Shown here one piece after another: positions 1-9,489 of a stretch of 56,940 nt of DNA. The DNA is from a virus. Taxonomy: Duplodnaviria > Caudoviricetes. Under the pieces are notes generated by a model. It was not told where the DNA came from, searched no databases, and saw only the letters and a list, made by a program, of their open reading frames with translations. The DNA is taken from positions 1 to 56,940 of the IMG/VR virus record IMGVR_UViG_3300032093_009193; one strand, given 5' to 3'. Each line of letters starts with the position of its first letter. The stretch's first letter is position 1. The position numbers and the translations under genes are program-made.

Positions 1-455
1 ATTATGGGATTTTCTGTTTTTCTTGATCTGGCATATTCATGTAATACGCCAACATATTCCCACCCGCTATCAACTTTAAATATTTGATTTCTCCACCAAG
101 AGAATTCTTCCCTACCCAATCTTAGAGCGAAAGAATCAATCTCATCACCGTCTGGAAGTGTGAATGATCCATCAAGGTAATCATCGGCATCAATCATCCA
201 AGCATATGTTGCCTTACCCTTTAAAGCATCCAAGGCTTCAGTTCTGGATGGGCCAAATCCTTTCCATTCAGATTGAATCAATTCTCCAGGAATATTTTTT
301 TCTTTAAAGAAGTTTTGAATTATGTCTTGAGTTCCATCTGTCGAACCAGTATCCACAACAACCCAGTAATTTATGTGTTTATAAACTGAGTTAAGACACT
401 CAAGAATAATATGAGATTCATTTTTCACAATCATTGATAAAGCTAATCGATACAT
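1..455 (-). CDS. Glycosyltransferase family 2, MIVKNE (GmaR/SunS-like) type; partial, runs off the left edge
   Basis: Not in the ORF track; translated by hand from ATG at 455: MYRLALSMIVKNESHIILECLNSVYKHINYWVVVDTGSTDGTQ...FGPSRTEAL...WMIDADDYL...WEYVGVLHEY. It has the GT2 motifs DTGSTDGT and DADD, an AAAGGA RBS and an upstream late promoter. Confidence 0.9.
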   Translation of the reverse strand, partial: MYRLALSMIVKNESHIILECLNSVYKHINYWVVVDTGSTDGTQDIIQNFFKEKNIPGELIQSEWKGFGPSRTEALDALKGKATYAWMIDADDYLDGSFTLPDGDEIDSFALRLGREEFSWWRNQIFKVDSGWEYVGVLHEYARSRKTENPI

Positions 456-474
456 TACTAAAAGTCCTTTATAC

Positions 475-482
475 TATTTATA
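475..482 (-). promoter_or_regulatory. T4-type late promoter TATAAATA upstream of the GT2 gene
   Basis: Exact TATAAATA on the minus strand in intergenic DNA, 19 nt before the ATG, with an RBS in between. Confidence 0.7.
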
Positions 483-554
483 ACCAAAAATTTGGACAGT
501 TATTGGAAAAAAAAATGCATTCACAAAAGATCAGAACCACCTACAATTTATACA

Positions 555-1091
555 TTATAAATTTTTATAAATCCAACAATCTTCTTGTGTTGATATGTTG
601 TTTAAACATTCATATACTGCTTTATTTACATCTTTACTGCTAAAATCGTGACCGCACAAATAACCATTTTTTTTAATTTTTGGAAGCCATGCTTTTATAT
701 CATTTTTAACACATTCATAACTATGACATGCGTCTATAAAAACAAAATCTAAACTATTATTTTTATATAAAGAAGCTGCTTCTACAGAATCCATTCTAAT
801 TGCTTTATATAATCCTTTGAATTCAGACATATTATTTAAAAATGTATCAAATAAATTAGAAAGATCTTCGTGATAATCTTGATCCTTGGACCATAAATCA
901 ATACAATCTAATTTGATAGATTTACCACTGTTAATTATTTCCACCATCAAATAAGATGTAGATTTCCCTTTCCAACATCCAACTTCAACAAAATGTCCAT
1001 TATCTGGACATATATTAACCATAGATGTATACAAATTAGGATATGTAAACCAATTTTCACCAAAATTACTATTATTGTAAATATGTTTCAT
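555..1091 (-). CDS. Class I SAM-dependent methyltransferase (Methyltransf_24-like)
   Basis: Motifs VEVGCWKGKS, DFVFIDACHSYE and GYLCGHD. Confidence 0.85.
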   Translation of the reverse strand: MKHIYNNSNFGENWFTYPNLYTSMVNICPDNGHFVEVGCWKGKSTSYLMVEIINSGKSIKLDCIDLWSKDQDYHEDLSNLFDTFLNNMSEFKGLYKAIRMDSVEAASLYKNNSLDFVFIDACHSYECVKNDIKAWLPKIKKNGYLCGHDFSSKDVNKAVYECLNNISTQEDCWIYKNL

Positions 1092-2296
1092 TTTAATATA
1101 ACCTTTAAAGTTGGAAAATACATCAAAAATAAATCACCAGAATAGTTTCTTACTTTTTTTATCCTGCTGCAAATTTCATCAAAAAAATTCCAAGCCAAAG
1201 GAACAAAAACAATTTTATCAGACTTCATTTTTTCTAATACAGAAATTGATACAATTTCTGTATTCATACCTGGAGTGTATAGAGATGTTTTAAGTACATT
1301 ATCATCTATAATGTAATCTAATTTAATTTTTCCAAAGTTAAGCAATGTCATCCCCTTTGCCGCTGCCCCATAACCTATTATTTTATACCCATTTTTTTTG
1401 TAATCATTAATAGCATTTTTTAAATTTATTGTTATTTCTTTTGCATTTTTTGAAAAAAAGTCGTATGTTTTTCTTGAATAGATGCCATTTTTTTGCTCTT
1501 CCAATAATGTTGATTCCAAATTTGTATCTTTTGTATATTTTGCAATTTCGAAAATATAACTTGATCCATGAACATCAAATTTAAATACATTATTTAATCT
1601 CAATCCACATTTTTCAACTACATTTTTCATAGAAAGAGTATTAAAAAATGACAGATGTTCGTGATATATTGTATCAAATTCATTATTCAATATCATATTT
1701 GATTGTGAAGTTTGAATGTATAACATTCCATCTTCATTCAATCTATCTCTACATTCATTTAAAAATGCAACAATATCATCTGTGTGGGCAAAAACATTTT
1801 GGGCAGTAATTAAATCAAATTTATTATTAATTTTATTTGATGGAAAATAATCACAAATAATTTGATGATTTAAACTACTAAGCTTAAATAAATTTTCAGC
1901 AGGGTCTATTCCGTATGTTAAAATGTCAAGTTTTTTATAAGAATCAAGTTGTGATCCATCATTGCAAGCAATGTCAAGTATATTTACAGGTTTTCTATTA
2001 TGGTGATGTTTAAATCTTTGAACGGTAAATTTAGAAAAAAAATCAAAATAATTTTTAAGAGTTTCCGTAGTTCCACTAACATACAAATAATTTTTAAACA
2101 TTAAATCTGGATTAATTGCAACGCTTAATTGTAAATGAAAGCAATTATTGCATAAATTTAACTTTAAAGGATAATATTTTAATTTTTCAGTATTTTTATG
2201 ATATGAATTTGCTAAAGGTTGATCATTCAAATCTAATATACATTCAACAGAACCATTGCAACATCTACATTGATTTATAACTTTATAATCATTCAT
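1088..2296 (-). CDS. NDP-hexose C-methyltransferase (Methyltransf_13/14, C3-methyltransferase type)
   Basis: N-terminal Zn site CRCC...CNNC, QPLAN, DIACNDG, NVFAH, FDTIYHEHLSFF, HGSS, GYGAAAKG and LAWNF. This is the architecture of branched-sugar C-methyltransferases. Confidence 0.9.
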   Translation of the reverse strand: MNDYKVINQCRCCNGSVECILDLNDQPLANSYHKNTEKLKYYPLKLNLCNNCFHLQLSVAINPDLMFKNYLYVSGTTETLKNYFDFFSKFTVQRFKHHHNRKPVNILDIACNDGSQLDSYKKLDILTYGIDPAENLFKLSSLNHQIICDYFPSNKINNKFDLITAQNVFAHTDDIVAFLNECRDRLNEDGMLYIQTSQSNMILNNEFDTIYHEHLSFFNTLSMKNVVEKCGLRLNNVFKFDVHGSSYIFEIAKYTKDTNLESTLLEEQKNGIYSRKTYDFFSKNAKEITINLKNAINDYKKNGYKIIGYGAAAKGMTLLNFGKIKLDYIIDDNVLKTSLYTPGMNTEIVSISVLEKMKSDKIVFVPLAWNFFDEICSRIKKVRNYSGDLFLMYFPTLKVILK

Positions 2297-3212
2297 AATT
2301 TATATTTTCATTTCTTGATGTTTTAATACAATTGTTATAATTAAGTAACAAATTTCTTGTTATATTTTTAGTTGTATCTTTAAATTTAAAATTAAATGTT
2401 TTTTCAAATTTTGTTGTGTCTATGGAAAAATCATAAGCTTTGAGTTGAACCTTAACATTTTTAATTTTATCCAAGTTGTTTAAATCATATTCAACTACTG
2501 GAACATTGCAGATTTGAGAAACATCTTTTGCTATATTTTCTGCTGTATCATTAAAAGAAGCTATATTATAAATACCAGAATTATTTTTATTGCAATCAAT
2601 TATTGCTTTAATTGAGTTTGCTAAATCATCAATTCCTAATATTGCTCTACTAATATCTTTAATGTATAATTTTATGTGTTTTTCTTCTACAGCACAATAA
2701 GTCATAGAATTTATCATAATATCTGTTCTTAAATGTGGTGACCAACCATTAACAGTTCCAAATCTTAAACCATAATAATTTAATTCTGTTTTTTGCGCGT
2801 AAGAATCTATAATTTGTTTTGTCAAATCATAATAATTATATGGATCAAAATTATTATATGTTTCGGACACAACACTTTTTTGAGTATTACCATAAACAGA
2901 AGAACTACTAGCATAAATAAATTTTTGAGATTTATTTATTTTTGTTAATAGATTAATAAAATTTTTAATATTATTATTAAAAGAAGATAACATATCATTA
3001 TCACACATTTTTACTGAGCTATGACCAGCTAATAAAATTACAGAATCAAAATTATTAATATATTCTTTAGATAAAGCGTTGTAATCTACTTTTTCTTCAT
3101 TATCAATAAACCAATTTAAATCTATATTTTTAATATTAAAAATATTTTTAAATTTATAATTTAAAAAAGAACCAACATATCCATTGCCACCCAATAATAA
3201 TATATTTTTCAT
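2289..3212 (-). CDS. NAD-dependent sugar epimerase/dehydratase (extended SDR)
   Basis: GGNGYVG Rossmann motif, ASSSSVYG, catalytic YDLTK (YxxxK) and RFGTVNG. Confidence 0.9.
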   Translation of the reverse strand: MKNILLLGGNGYVGSFLNYKFKNIFNIKNIDLNWFIDNEEKVDYNALSKEYINNFDSVILLAGHSSVKMCDNDMLSSFNNNIKNFINLLTKINKSQKFIYASSSSVYGNTQKSVVSETYNNFDPYNYYDLTKQIIDSYAQKTELNYYGLRFGTVNGWSPHLRTDIMINSMTYCAVEEKHIKLYIKDISRAILGIDDLANSIKAIIDCNKNNSGIYNIASFNDTAENIAKDVSQICNVPVVEYDLNNLDKIKNVKVQLKAYDFSIDTTKFEKTFNFKFKDTTKNITRNLLLNYNNCIKTSRNENINYE

Positions 3213-3216
3213 TTAA

Positions 3217-3891
3217 TTATTCCACTAAGTATTTTTTCACACCAAGATATTCCGATTCTTCTAAAATTTTATAATTTAAATCATTTAATCCAGAATAATA
3301 TAAATTTTTAGTTTGTTTCAATTCATTAACAATTTGATGATTTCTGTCAAATGTTGGCATAAAATGCTGATGTTCTTCAGTACCATTTCCATCATCACAT
3401 AATTTTAAATATTCATCTATTGAAACATTTATATTTATATTTGCTATATTTAGTCTTGCCATCATCTCATCATCTTCTGCTCCCCACCCCCAAAATTTAT
3501 TAGTATATCCATTTAATTTTAAATAATCAGAAACAAGAAATCCCATAGCTTTATAAAAAGTTCCATCTTTCGAGTGCTCTAATGAGCAAAATTTTGTCGT
3601 CTTATTTATAAAATAATTTACAGTTTTTGGTAAAATATCTACTGGGTGAAAAATAAAAATATCATTTTCATTCATATTTTTTTTAAAAATATCGAATCCA
3701 ATATTAATAGTTTGTCCAAGATTAAATAAATCATATTTTTCACTTCTTTCAACAATTATAATATCATAATTTTTATTTTGAGAATTTAAATATTCTTTAA
3801 ATGGATGTATAAACTCGTTGAGAGCTTTTTTATATTTACCAAATCTATCTCTATAAGGTAACACAAAATATGTTTTAATATCTGATTTCAT
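3217..3891 (-). CDS. GT7 (beta-1,4-galactosyltransferase-like) glycosyltransferase
   Basis: PYRDR, FNLG..INIG, NGY.N.FWGWGAEDDE and SGLNDL. The usual HDVD motif reads HPVD here. Confidence 0.85.
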   Translation of the reverse strand: MKSDIKTYFVLPYRDRFGKYKKALNEFIHPFKEYLNSQNKNYDIIIVERSEKYDLFNLGQTINIGFDIFKKNMNENDIFIFHPVDILPKTVNYFINKTTKFCSLEHSKDGTFYKAMGFLVSDYLKLNGYTNKFWGWGAEDDEMMARLNIANININVSIDEYLKLCDDGNGTEEHQHFMPTFDRNHQIVNELKQTKNLYYSGLNDLNYKILEESEYLGVKKYLVE

Positions 3892-3907
3892 TTTTTTATT
3901 ACTTACT

Positions 3908-4804
3908 TTAAATAAGTTTAAATATTTTTAATTTATCATCAATTATTTTTTCTAAAATATCAAATTTGGAACCATCTTCAATTATAGTATCCCAGTTATT
4001 ATGCCAATGCCATGTAAATGCCCCATCATATAAATTTGTATCACCATTTTTAGACATTGGATATATTGGATTTAGACCCCATTCTGTATTGAACCAAGCA
4101 CATGGAAAAATTTTTAAATCTTTATCTTTAACATGACTATACAATTTTTGCCCCCAACAAAAAGAATTTGGTATTGGTTGAATTTTTGTTAATAATTCTA
4201 TAAATTTATAAGCAGTTCTACTTGTTTTATTTAATCTCATTATTGCGCCATTATAAAATATATTAGGTTCACTAGGAATAGTTCCAGATGATCCCCACTG
4301 ATAAATGAATTGATAATTATTTAAAGGGCTTAAATCTCTCAATATACACATATCCATGTCTATATAAAAACCACCATATTTAAATAAACATAATAATCTA
4401 AAAAAATCACCACCCAAATAACAACGATCATCATCAATAATAATTGATTTAAAATATTCTTGATAATCTTCTAAAGGGGTATCTTTCAATTCTTGTATTG
4501 GATTCCAAATCTTATGAGTAATATATTTGGAAAAAGGTTTCAATAATTCATTTTTTGATAAATCTATATTTGACCATAAATTTATATTATAATTTGAAGA
4601 ATTAAATTCTTCATGATTGGCTATTAATGATTTAATCGGTAATAGTTGTTTTCTTTCAAAATTTCTGGGAACTCTCCAATATAAATTAAAATTTAATTTA
4701 TCTATACTTTTATATGGCTTTAGATTTTTTGCATATTCTAATGATTTTAAATATTTTTTATCATTGAATTGATATAATTCTTTATTATTTTCAAAAGAAA
4801 TCAT
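3908..4804 (-). CDS. GT32-like (Gly_transf_sug / alpha-1,4-glycosyltransferase-like) protein
   Basis: GDFFRLLCLFKYGGFYIDMD DXD signature, NGAIM and a C-terminal HWHN. Confidence 0.85.
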   Translation of the reverse strand: MISFENNKELYQFNDKKYLKSLEYAKNLKPYKSIDKLNFNLYWRVPRNFERKQLLPIKSLIANHEEFNSSNYNINLWSNIDLSKNELLKPFSKYITHKIWNPIQELKDTPLEDYQEYFKSIIIDDDRCYLGGDFFRLLCLFKYGGFYIDMDMCILRDLSPLNNYQFIYQWGSSGTIPSEPNIFYNGAIMRLNKTSRTAYKFIELLTKIQPIPNSFCWGQKLYSHVKDKDLKIFPCAWFNTEWGLNPIYPMSKNGDTNLYDGAFTWHWHNNWDTIIEDGSKFDILEKIIDDKLKIFKLI

Positions 4805-5379
4805 TTATTTAATTTTCCAAACTCGACAATTCCAGTTCCACTCCAGTGACCAACTTTAGTTATATCATGTTTTTTATATTCTATCGAATCCCAAAATTGC
4901 TTCATTTCTAAATTAAGATGGATATCATCTAACATCAATAAACCATCCCATTCGATTGATTGTAAAAATTTGTATAAAATATTTTCATAGATTCCATCAT
5001 GGGCCACATCTAAAAATATAAATGGTGTATTTTTAATATCTTGATCTTTTGTAGAGTCTCCTATAAAATATTCAATGTTGGCTCTTTCAGGATTTTTTGG
5101 TAAAAGTTTAATTATATCATATGTTTTTATTTTATTATTTTTATTATATGAAAGAGCTAGTGCGGACATGCATTTATTTGTTCCTATATCAAATAAAATT
5201 TTATTAGAATACAAAGAGGAAATATACATCAATAAACGATAATGTTCTCTTCCAGATTCTCCATAAAAGTAATTAAAATTATGATATAAATCATAGTTTT
5301 CAACAAAAGATGCTTCTATATTATTTAATGTTTCATTACTTACTGATAAAATTTTTTCTATAATCATTTTTTTATCCAA
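4801..5379 (-). CDS. Putative class I SAM methyltransferase
   Basis: Motif I-like FDIGTNKCMSA, FIFLDVAHDG, LMLDD and HWSGTG. Confidence 0.65.
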   Translation of the reverse strand: MDKKMIIEKILSVSNETLNNIEASFVENYDLYHNFNYFYGESGREHYRLLMYISSLYSNKILFDIGTNKCMSALALSYNKNNKIKTYDIIKLLPKNPERANIEYFIGDSTKDQDIKNTPFIFLDVAHDGIYENILYKFLQSIEWDGLLMLDDIHLNLEMKQFWDSIEYKKHDITKVGHWSGTGIVEFGKLNK

Positions 5380-6119
5380 TTTTCTTCTGAACTGTGTTTA
5401 TGAACATAAGAATCCCAATCGTGTTTAACATCCAATTCAATTAATGGATAATTTAATGAAACTAAATAAAATCCCCACATCCTTTCAACTATACCGCAAA
5501 TTCTATGATTTATTCTATTCATTATTCCCCATTGATTTTTTATTAAAATATTTTCTATATCTTCTTTATTATCCTGTAAATAATTTGCAAAATTTAAAAA
5601 TATTTCTTTTGGAGTTATGCTTAAAGCCTCACTTATCCAACCATTATTCCATATTAAGTCTGGATTAAATTGACAGTCCAACCTCTCTTCCATAAATTTA
5701 CAAATATTTTGTAACTCATACCATGACAGGTATAAATCAGATAGACCTCTCTTTTTCTGATAAAAAATATTTTTATTATTTTCCATTAATAAATTATATG
5801 TAGAATTTATGGAATTTTTATTAAAAACTACATCATAATGAAATATTCCAATATGTGTCGAATCTTCAATTAAATATTGATTGTTCAGTAAATGAACAAA
5901 AGTTCCATACTCATAATACTGTTTTTTCTGATACTCAAAATTATTCCAGGGAAGTTCCCATTCTTTTATATTATTTTTAATCTTTTTTGTTATTTGTTTT
6001 TTAACATTTTTTTGTATTTCATAACAATAAATAGATTCCAATTCAGATTCTGATAAATTATCTAATACTTTATCATATAAACGATCATATGTAACTAAAA
6101 ATGATTTAATTTTTATCAT
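5364..6119 (-). CDS. Putative glycosyltransferase, DUF4422-like
   Basis: YYEY...HIGIFHYD...GIVERMWG pattern recalls DUF4422; lies inside the glycan cluster. Confidence 0.5.
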   Translation of the reverse strand: MIKIKSFLVTYDRLYDKVLDNLSESELESIYCYEIQKNVKKQITKKIKNNIKEWELPWNNFEYQKKQYYEYGTFVHLLNNQYLIEDSTHIGIFHYDVVFNKNSINSTYNLLMENNKNIFYQKKRGLSDLYLSWYELQNICKFMEERLDCQFNPDLIWNNGWISEALSITPKEIFLNFANYLQDNKEDIENILIKNQWGIMNRINHRICGIVERMWGFYLVSLNYPLIELDVKHDWDSYVHKHSSEENWIKK

Positions 6120-6912
6120 GATATTTTTTTATTCTATCTTTCCAATAATTTAAATATAATTTATCATAATTATATTTTTTATTTAAAAAATTTATAAGTA
6201 TTTCTTCATTTAAATCTTCATAACTTTTAACTTTTAGTATTGGTAAGTCTGTCCAATCATCATAAATGTAATTATCTATAACTATTGGAATACAACCCAA
6301 ATATAAACTTTCCCATGTTCTATGACAATCTATACCATTTCCAGGGGGTGAAATAACAAATAAACTCTTAGACATATTTATCGCATACTCATCAAAAGAT
6401 AAATTTGATTGATATATTAATGGTAATTTATTTTTATTTAAAATATTCAATATATTTTTTCTATTTGGATTTGTTAAATTCCAATTACAATAAATTGTAA
6501 ATTCTTTTTTATTATTTTTTAATGTTTGTATATTTTGAACAAACCATTTAGTCATATATTGTGGTTCATAAAATGGATCTTTGTGGGTTTTTAGACCCAA
6601 GGGTATTGATATCAAATCCTCACAAATGTGTGTTGGATTTATAGCAAACCATTTATGAATGCTATTGGGCTTTTTACTATATCTAAAATTATCAATTGGA
6701 TAATCTGAGTGATGAGTTATTAGTAAATATTTTTTATTTGACTCTCGTATATTATCAAATAGATAATTTAAATCATCAGTTTTACAAAAAATAATACAAT
6801 TTTTATTTAATATTTCTTTATCAAATAATTTATTATATGATAAAACTATGGAATAGTCTGCTATTTTTTCATAATTTGCAGCATTTAAAATATTATCAAT
6901 TTCTATTTCCAT
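6106..6912 (-). CDS. Exostosin-like (GT47) glycosyltransferase
   Basis: SLFVISPPGNGIDCHRTWESLYLGCIPIV signature, plus LITHHSD and IPLG. Confidence 0.8.
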   Translation of the reverse strand: MEIEIDNILNAANYEKIADYSIVLSYNKLFDKEILNKNCIIFCKTDDLNYLFDNIRESNKKYLLITHHSDYPIDNFRYSKKPNSIHKWFAINPTHICEDLISIPLGLKTHKDPFYEPQYMTKWFVQNIQTLKNNKKEFTIYCNWNLTNPNRKNILNILNKNKLPLIYQSNLSFDEYAINMSKSLFVISPPGNGIDCHRTWESLYLGCIPIVIDNYIYDDWTDLPILKVKSYEDLNEEILINFLNKKYNYDKLYLNYWKDRIKKYHDKN

Positions 6913-7594
6913 GCCTATCTACTAATATCCAATCATCGCTGTAGCCGTGTTCTTTAGAGTACTGATCAATTTGGGGGATATACATTATATTTTCATTATA
7001 CACCATTAATGATAATATTGCTTGATCGTGTCTATGATCTATAAAATCTTTAAAATTATCCATTCTTATATTTGGTGTGTCTTCTATTAATCCTGGAATT
7101 AAACAATTTTCTAACCATTTTTCAACAAATGAAACAGAATATGAACATTTTCTAAAAAATAGATAGGTCGCTTGCATTTGATTTTCTTCAGAAAAATCAT
7201 TTTTATTATTTTTATTCAGATAGAAAAAACAATCACCTTTAGTCCATTTTGAAGTTTTTTGCTTCATTGAAAAATTCAAAACACCTTTATGGTTTATCAT
7301 TCTTAAAATATTATCTACATTTTTTATTATTTTTGCGCCAGAATCCATATAAACTAAATACGAATCATTTTCTATTTGATTTAATGTTTTTAAAATCAGA
7401 TAAGGTTTCCATAACCAATATCCAGCACCTCTACTTTGACTTAAAATTTTATTATTTTTAATTTTAAAAGTTTCATCTATATCATTATTATTATATCCTT
7501 TAGAAATAAATCCAAAAGATTCTGCACTTTTTAAACCAATTTGTTGGCTATTTAAAAATCCATTATTTGCATAATTTATAAAATATTTTTTCAT
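6896..7594 (-). CDS. Putative GT-A glycosyltransferase (RGAGYWLWKP / HRHDQ family)
   Basis: RGAGYWLWKPYLI, YMDSG and DHRHDQAILSL motifs typical of proteins in polysaccharide loci. Confidence 0.7.
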   Translation of the reverse strand: MKKYFINYANNGFLNSQQIGLKSAESFGFISKGYNNNDIDETFKIKNNKILSQSRGAGYWLWKPYLILKTLNQIENDSYLVYMDSGAKIIKNVDNILRMINHKGVLNFSMKQKTSKWTKGDCFFYLNKNNKNDFSEENQMQATYLFFRKCSYSVSFVEKWLENCLIPGLIEDTPNIRMDNFKDFIDHRHDQAILSLMVYNENIMYIPQIDQYSKEHGYSDDWILVDRHGNRN

Positions 7595-7595
7595 T

Positions 7596-8219
7596 TTAAG
7601 ATGCCGATCTACTAATATTGGTATTATACAGATATTTATGTAATACTTTATCTATTTTATAGCTACTCTCAACCCTTTTACTCATTTTACTTACCCAATC
7701 GGCATCCTCACAGGATTCATTATATTGATTTCTTATCTCTATAAATTTTTCATTTTTTGCCAATTCAGATCTCCAAGCACACAAATGCCATGCTGGTCTT
7801 TTTACTTTATAATTTGGATTTGTTTTTAAATAATTGTAATCAACACCTTCTATTGCATTTCCATGATCAAAAGTAACATAAAATTCAAATCCATTTACAT
7901 TACAATACTGATTGAATGTTATTACATCATATTTATTATCTCTGCATATTGGGACCAATTCTTTAAAATAATCATCAGTAATGTCGTCATCATCGTCTAG
8001 AAACGCAATATAATTTCCATTCGCTATACTTAATAAATCATTTCTCTTTTCAGTTATTGATTTTTTTCTATTATCTGTCAAAATTAATATTTCCACATCT
8101 CCATAAGAACAAAGGGAATCTAATTTTTTAAATAACTTATTAGCCAGATCCAATCTTTCAGTTATCGATAATATTAAAACTGATAAACAAATATTTTTTT
8201 TCATAAAGAATTTTTCCAA
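7596..8219 (-). CDS. Glycosyltransferase family 2
   Basis: LSVLI, KRN.LL..A.GNYIAFLDDDD and CEDADW. The true start may be the second Met (MKKN). Confidence 0.8.
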   Translation of the reverse strand: MEKFFMKKNICLSVLILSITERLDLANKLFKKLDSLCSYGDVEILILTDNRKKSITEKRNDLLSIANGNYIAFLDDDDDITDDYFKELVPICRDNKYDVITFNQYCNVNGFEFYVTFDHGNAIEGVDYNYLKTNPNYKVKRPAWHLCAWRSELAKNEKFIEIRNQYNESCEDADWVSKMSKRVESSYKIDKVLHKYLYNTNISRSAS

Positions 8220-8938
8220 TTTATTTTTGGAGATAAAAGATCTCCATGTGTTGCATACCCAGGTATTGGACTTATCATTAATCTATGTCTAATATCAGTT
8301 AGGGTACAAAAAAGCTCATAATCTCCTGGTATTTTTCTATAAGGATGTTCATCAACATTCAATAGCAATAATGAAGCTTTAAATACATTCTTATCCTCTT
8401 TTAGAGTAATTACCTTAGATGCGAATGTCATTGTTGCAGTATTAACTGTTCTCCAATAATCATTAATACCAAAAAATATTTCACTCTTATAGCTTTTAAA
8501 ATTTTCAAATATATAATCTATTTCTTTATTATAATTTATATTAAAATGTTTTTTATATCTTTCTGGACTATCGTATAAATTTACATAATCTGCCCCACAA
8601 TAATTAAATGCTTCATTTAAAGCATTTCTTGAATATTGTCTGTGAAGATAATCATTTTCAACAAAATAAATTATATCATCATCTTTATTTTCTGTAATTG
8701 CTTTATTATATGTAAAATCAAAACTACCACAGTTTCCCAAAGATGTTCTTATCACTTCCACCTTATATTTTTTCAACCACTGCATCGTTTCGTCTGAAAC
8801 ATTATCTGCAATAATTACTAATTCTGATTCATTTACTTCAAAATTTTTAATAAAGTTATTTAAACAATTTTCATTTGTAAAATATTCGGGAGCCTTACCC
8901 CTTCTATTATTATCAGATAATCTATAATAAATTTTCAT
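8201..8938 (-). CDS. Putative GT-A glycosyltransferase
   Basis: IIADN, LGNCGSF, IYFVENDYLH, TMTFA and SPIPGYATH; glycan-cluster context. Confidence 0.65.
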   Translation of the reverse strand: MKIYYRLSDNNRRGKAPEYFTNENCLNNFIKNFEVNESELVIIADNVSDETMQWLKKYKVEVIRTSLGNCGSFDFTYNKAITENKDDDIIYFVENDYLHRQYSRNALNEAFNYCGADYVNLYDSPERYKKHFNINYNKEIDYIFENFKSYKSEIFFGINDYWRTVNTATMTFASKVITLKEDKNVFKASLLLLNVDEHPYRKIPGDYELFCTLTDIRHRLMISPIPGYATHGDLLSPKINWKNSL

Positions 8939-9489
8939 TATCTTCTCTTTAGTATCAAAAATCCATTATTGTTTGTATATTCTGATTCAATATACCAATG
9001 AGAATTTTCTTTCAAAAATTCAATAATTGCTTTATAGATTCCACATCCACCTCTTTCTCCCCTCTCTCTAAAACTAATTGTGTCATGAAATATCAAATAT
9101 TTCTTAGCTTTATTTCCATGTAATTCTAATTCTTTTTTCATTTGGTCATATTCGTGAAGTGTATCTATGAATAGAAGATCACATTCCTCTATTTGAATCT
9201 TTGTGGTATCACCTAGAATAAACTGATAATCAATCCCGCAATCTTTTGCTGCTGAATAAACTTCATCTATATTTCCACCCCATTTGGATGGTGGTTCTAT
9301 ATCATATGATATCATTTTAGTAGGTTTACCAGCAAGCATAGCCCATGTACTTACTATTCCACGGACACCAAATTCTACAACATTTTCACACTCTTCAACA
9401 TAAGATTGTAGTGTAGGAAGGTGTTGGTGTATATCTGATGGGGCTGAACAATAATATTGGTATTTTGTATTAATTACAGAACAATTCAT
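8938..9489 (-). CDS. Class I SAM methyltransferase (Methyltransf_24-like)
   Basis: VEFGVRGIVST, DLLFIDTLH, IFHDT and NNNG. Confidence 0.8.
   Translation of the reverse strand: MNCSVINTKYQYYCSAPSDIHQHLPTLQSYVEECENVVEFGVRGIVSTWAMLAGKPTKMISYDIEPPSKWGGNIDEVYSAAKDCGIDYQFILGDTTKIQIEECDLLFIDTLHEYDQMKKELELHGNKAKKYLIFHDTISFRERGERGGCGIYKAIIEFLKENSHWYIESEYTNNNGFLILKRR

Noticed and set aside
483-554. Possible frameshifted gene remnant (…GGSDL/CECIFFSNNCPNFWL) with an A9 tract between the methyltransferase and GT2
   Set aside because: Too short to assign. It could be a cassette-exchange scar but cannot be distinguished from random intergenic DNA.
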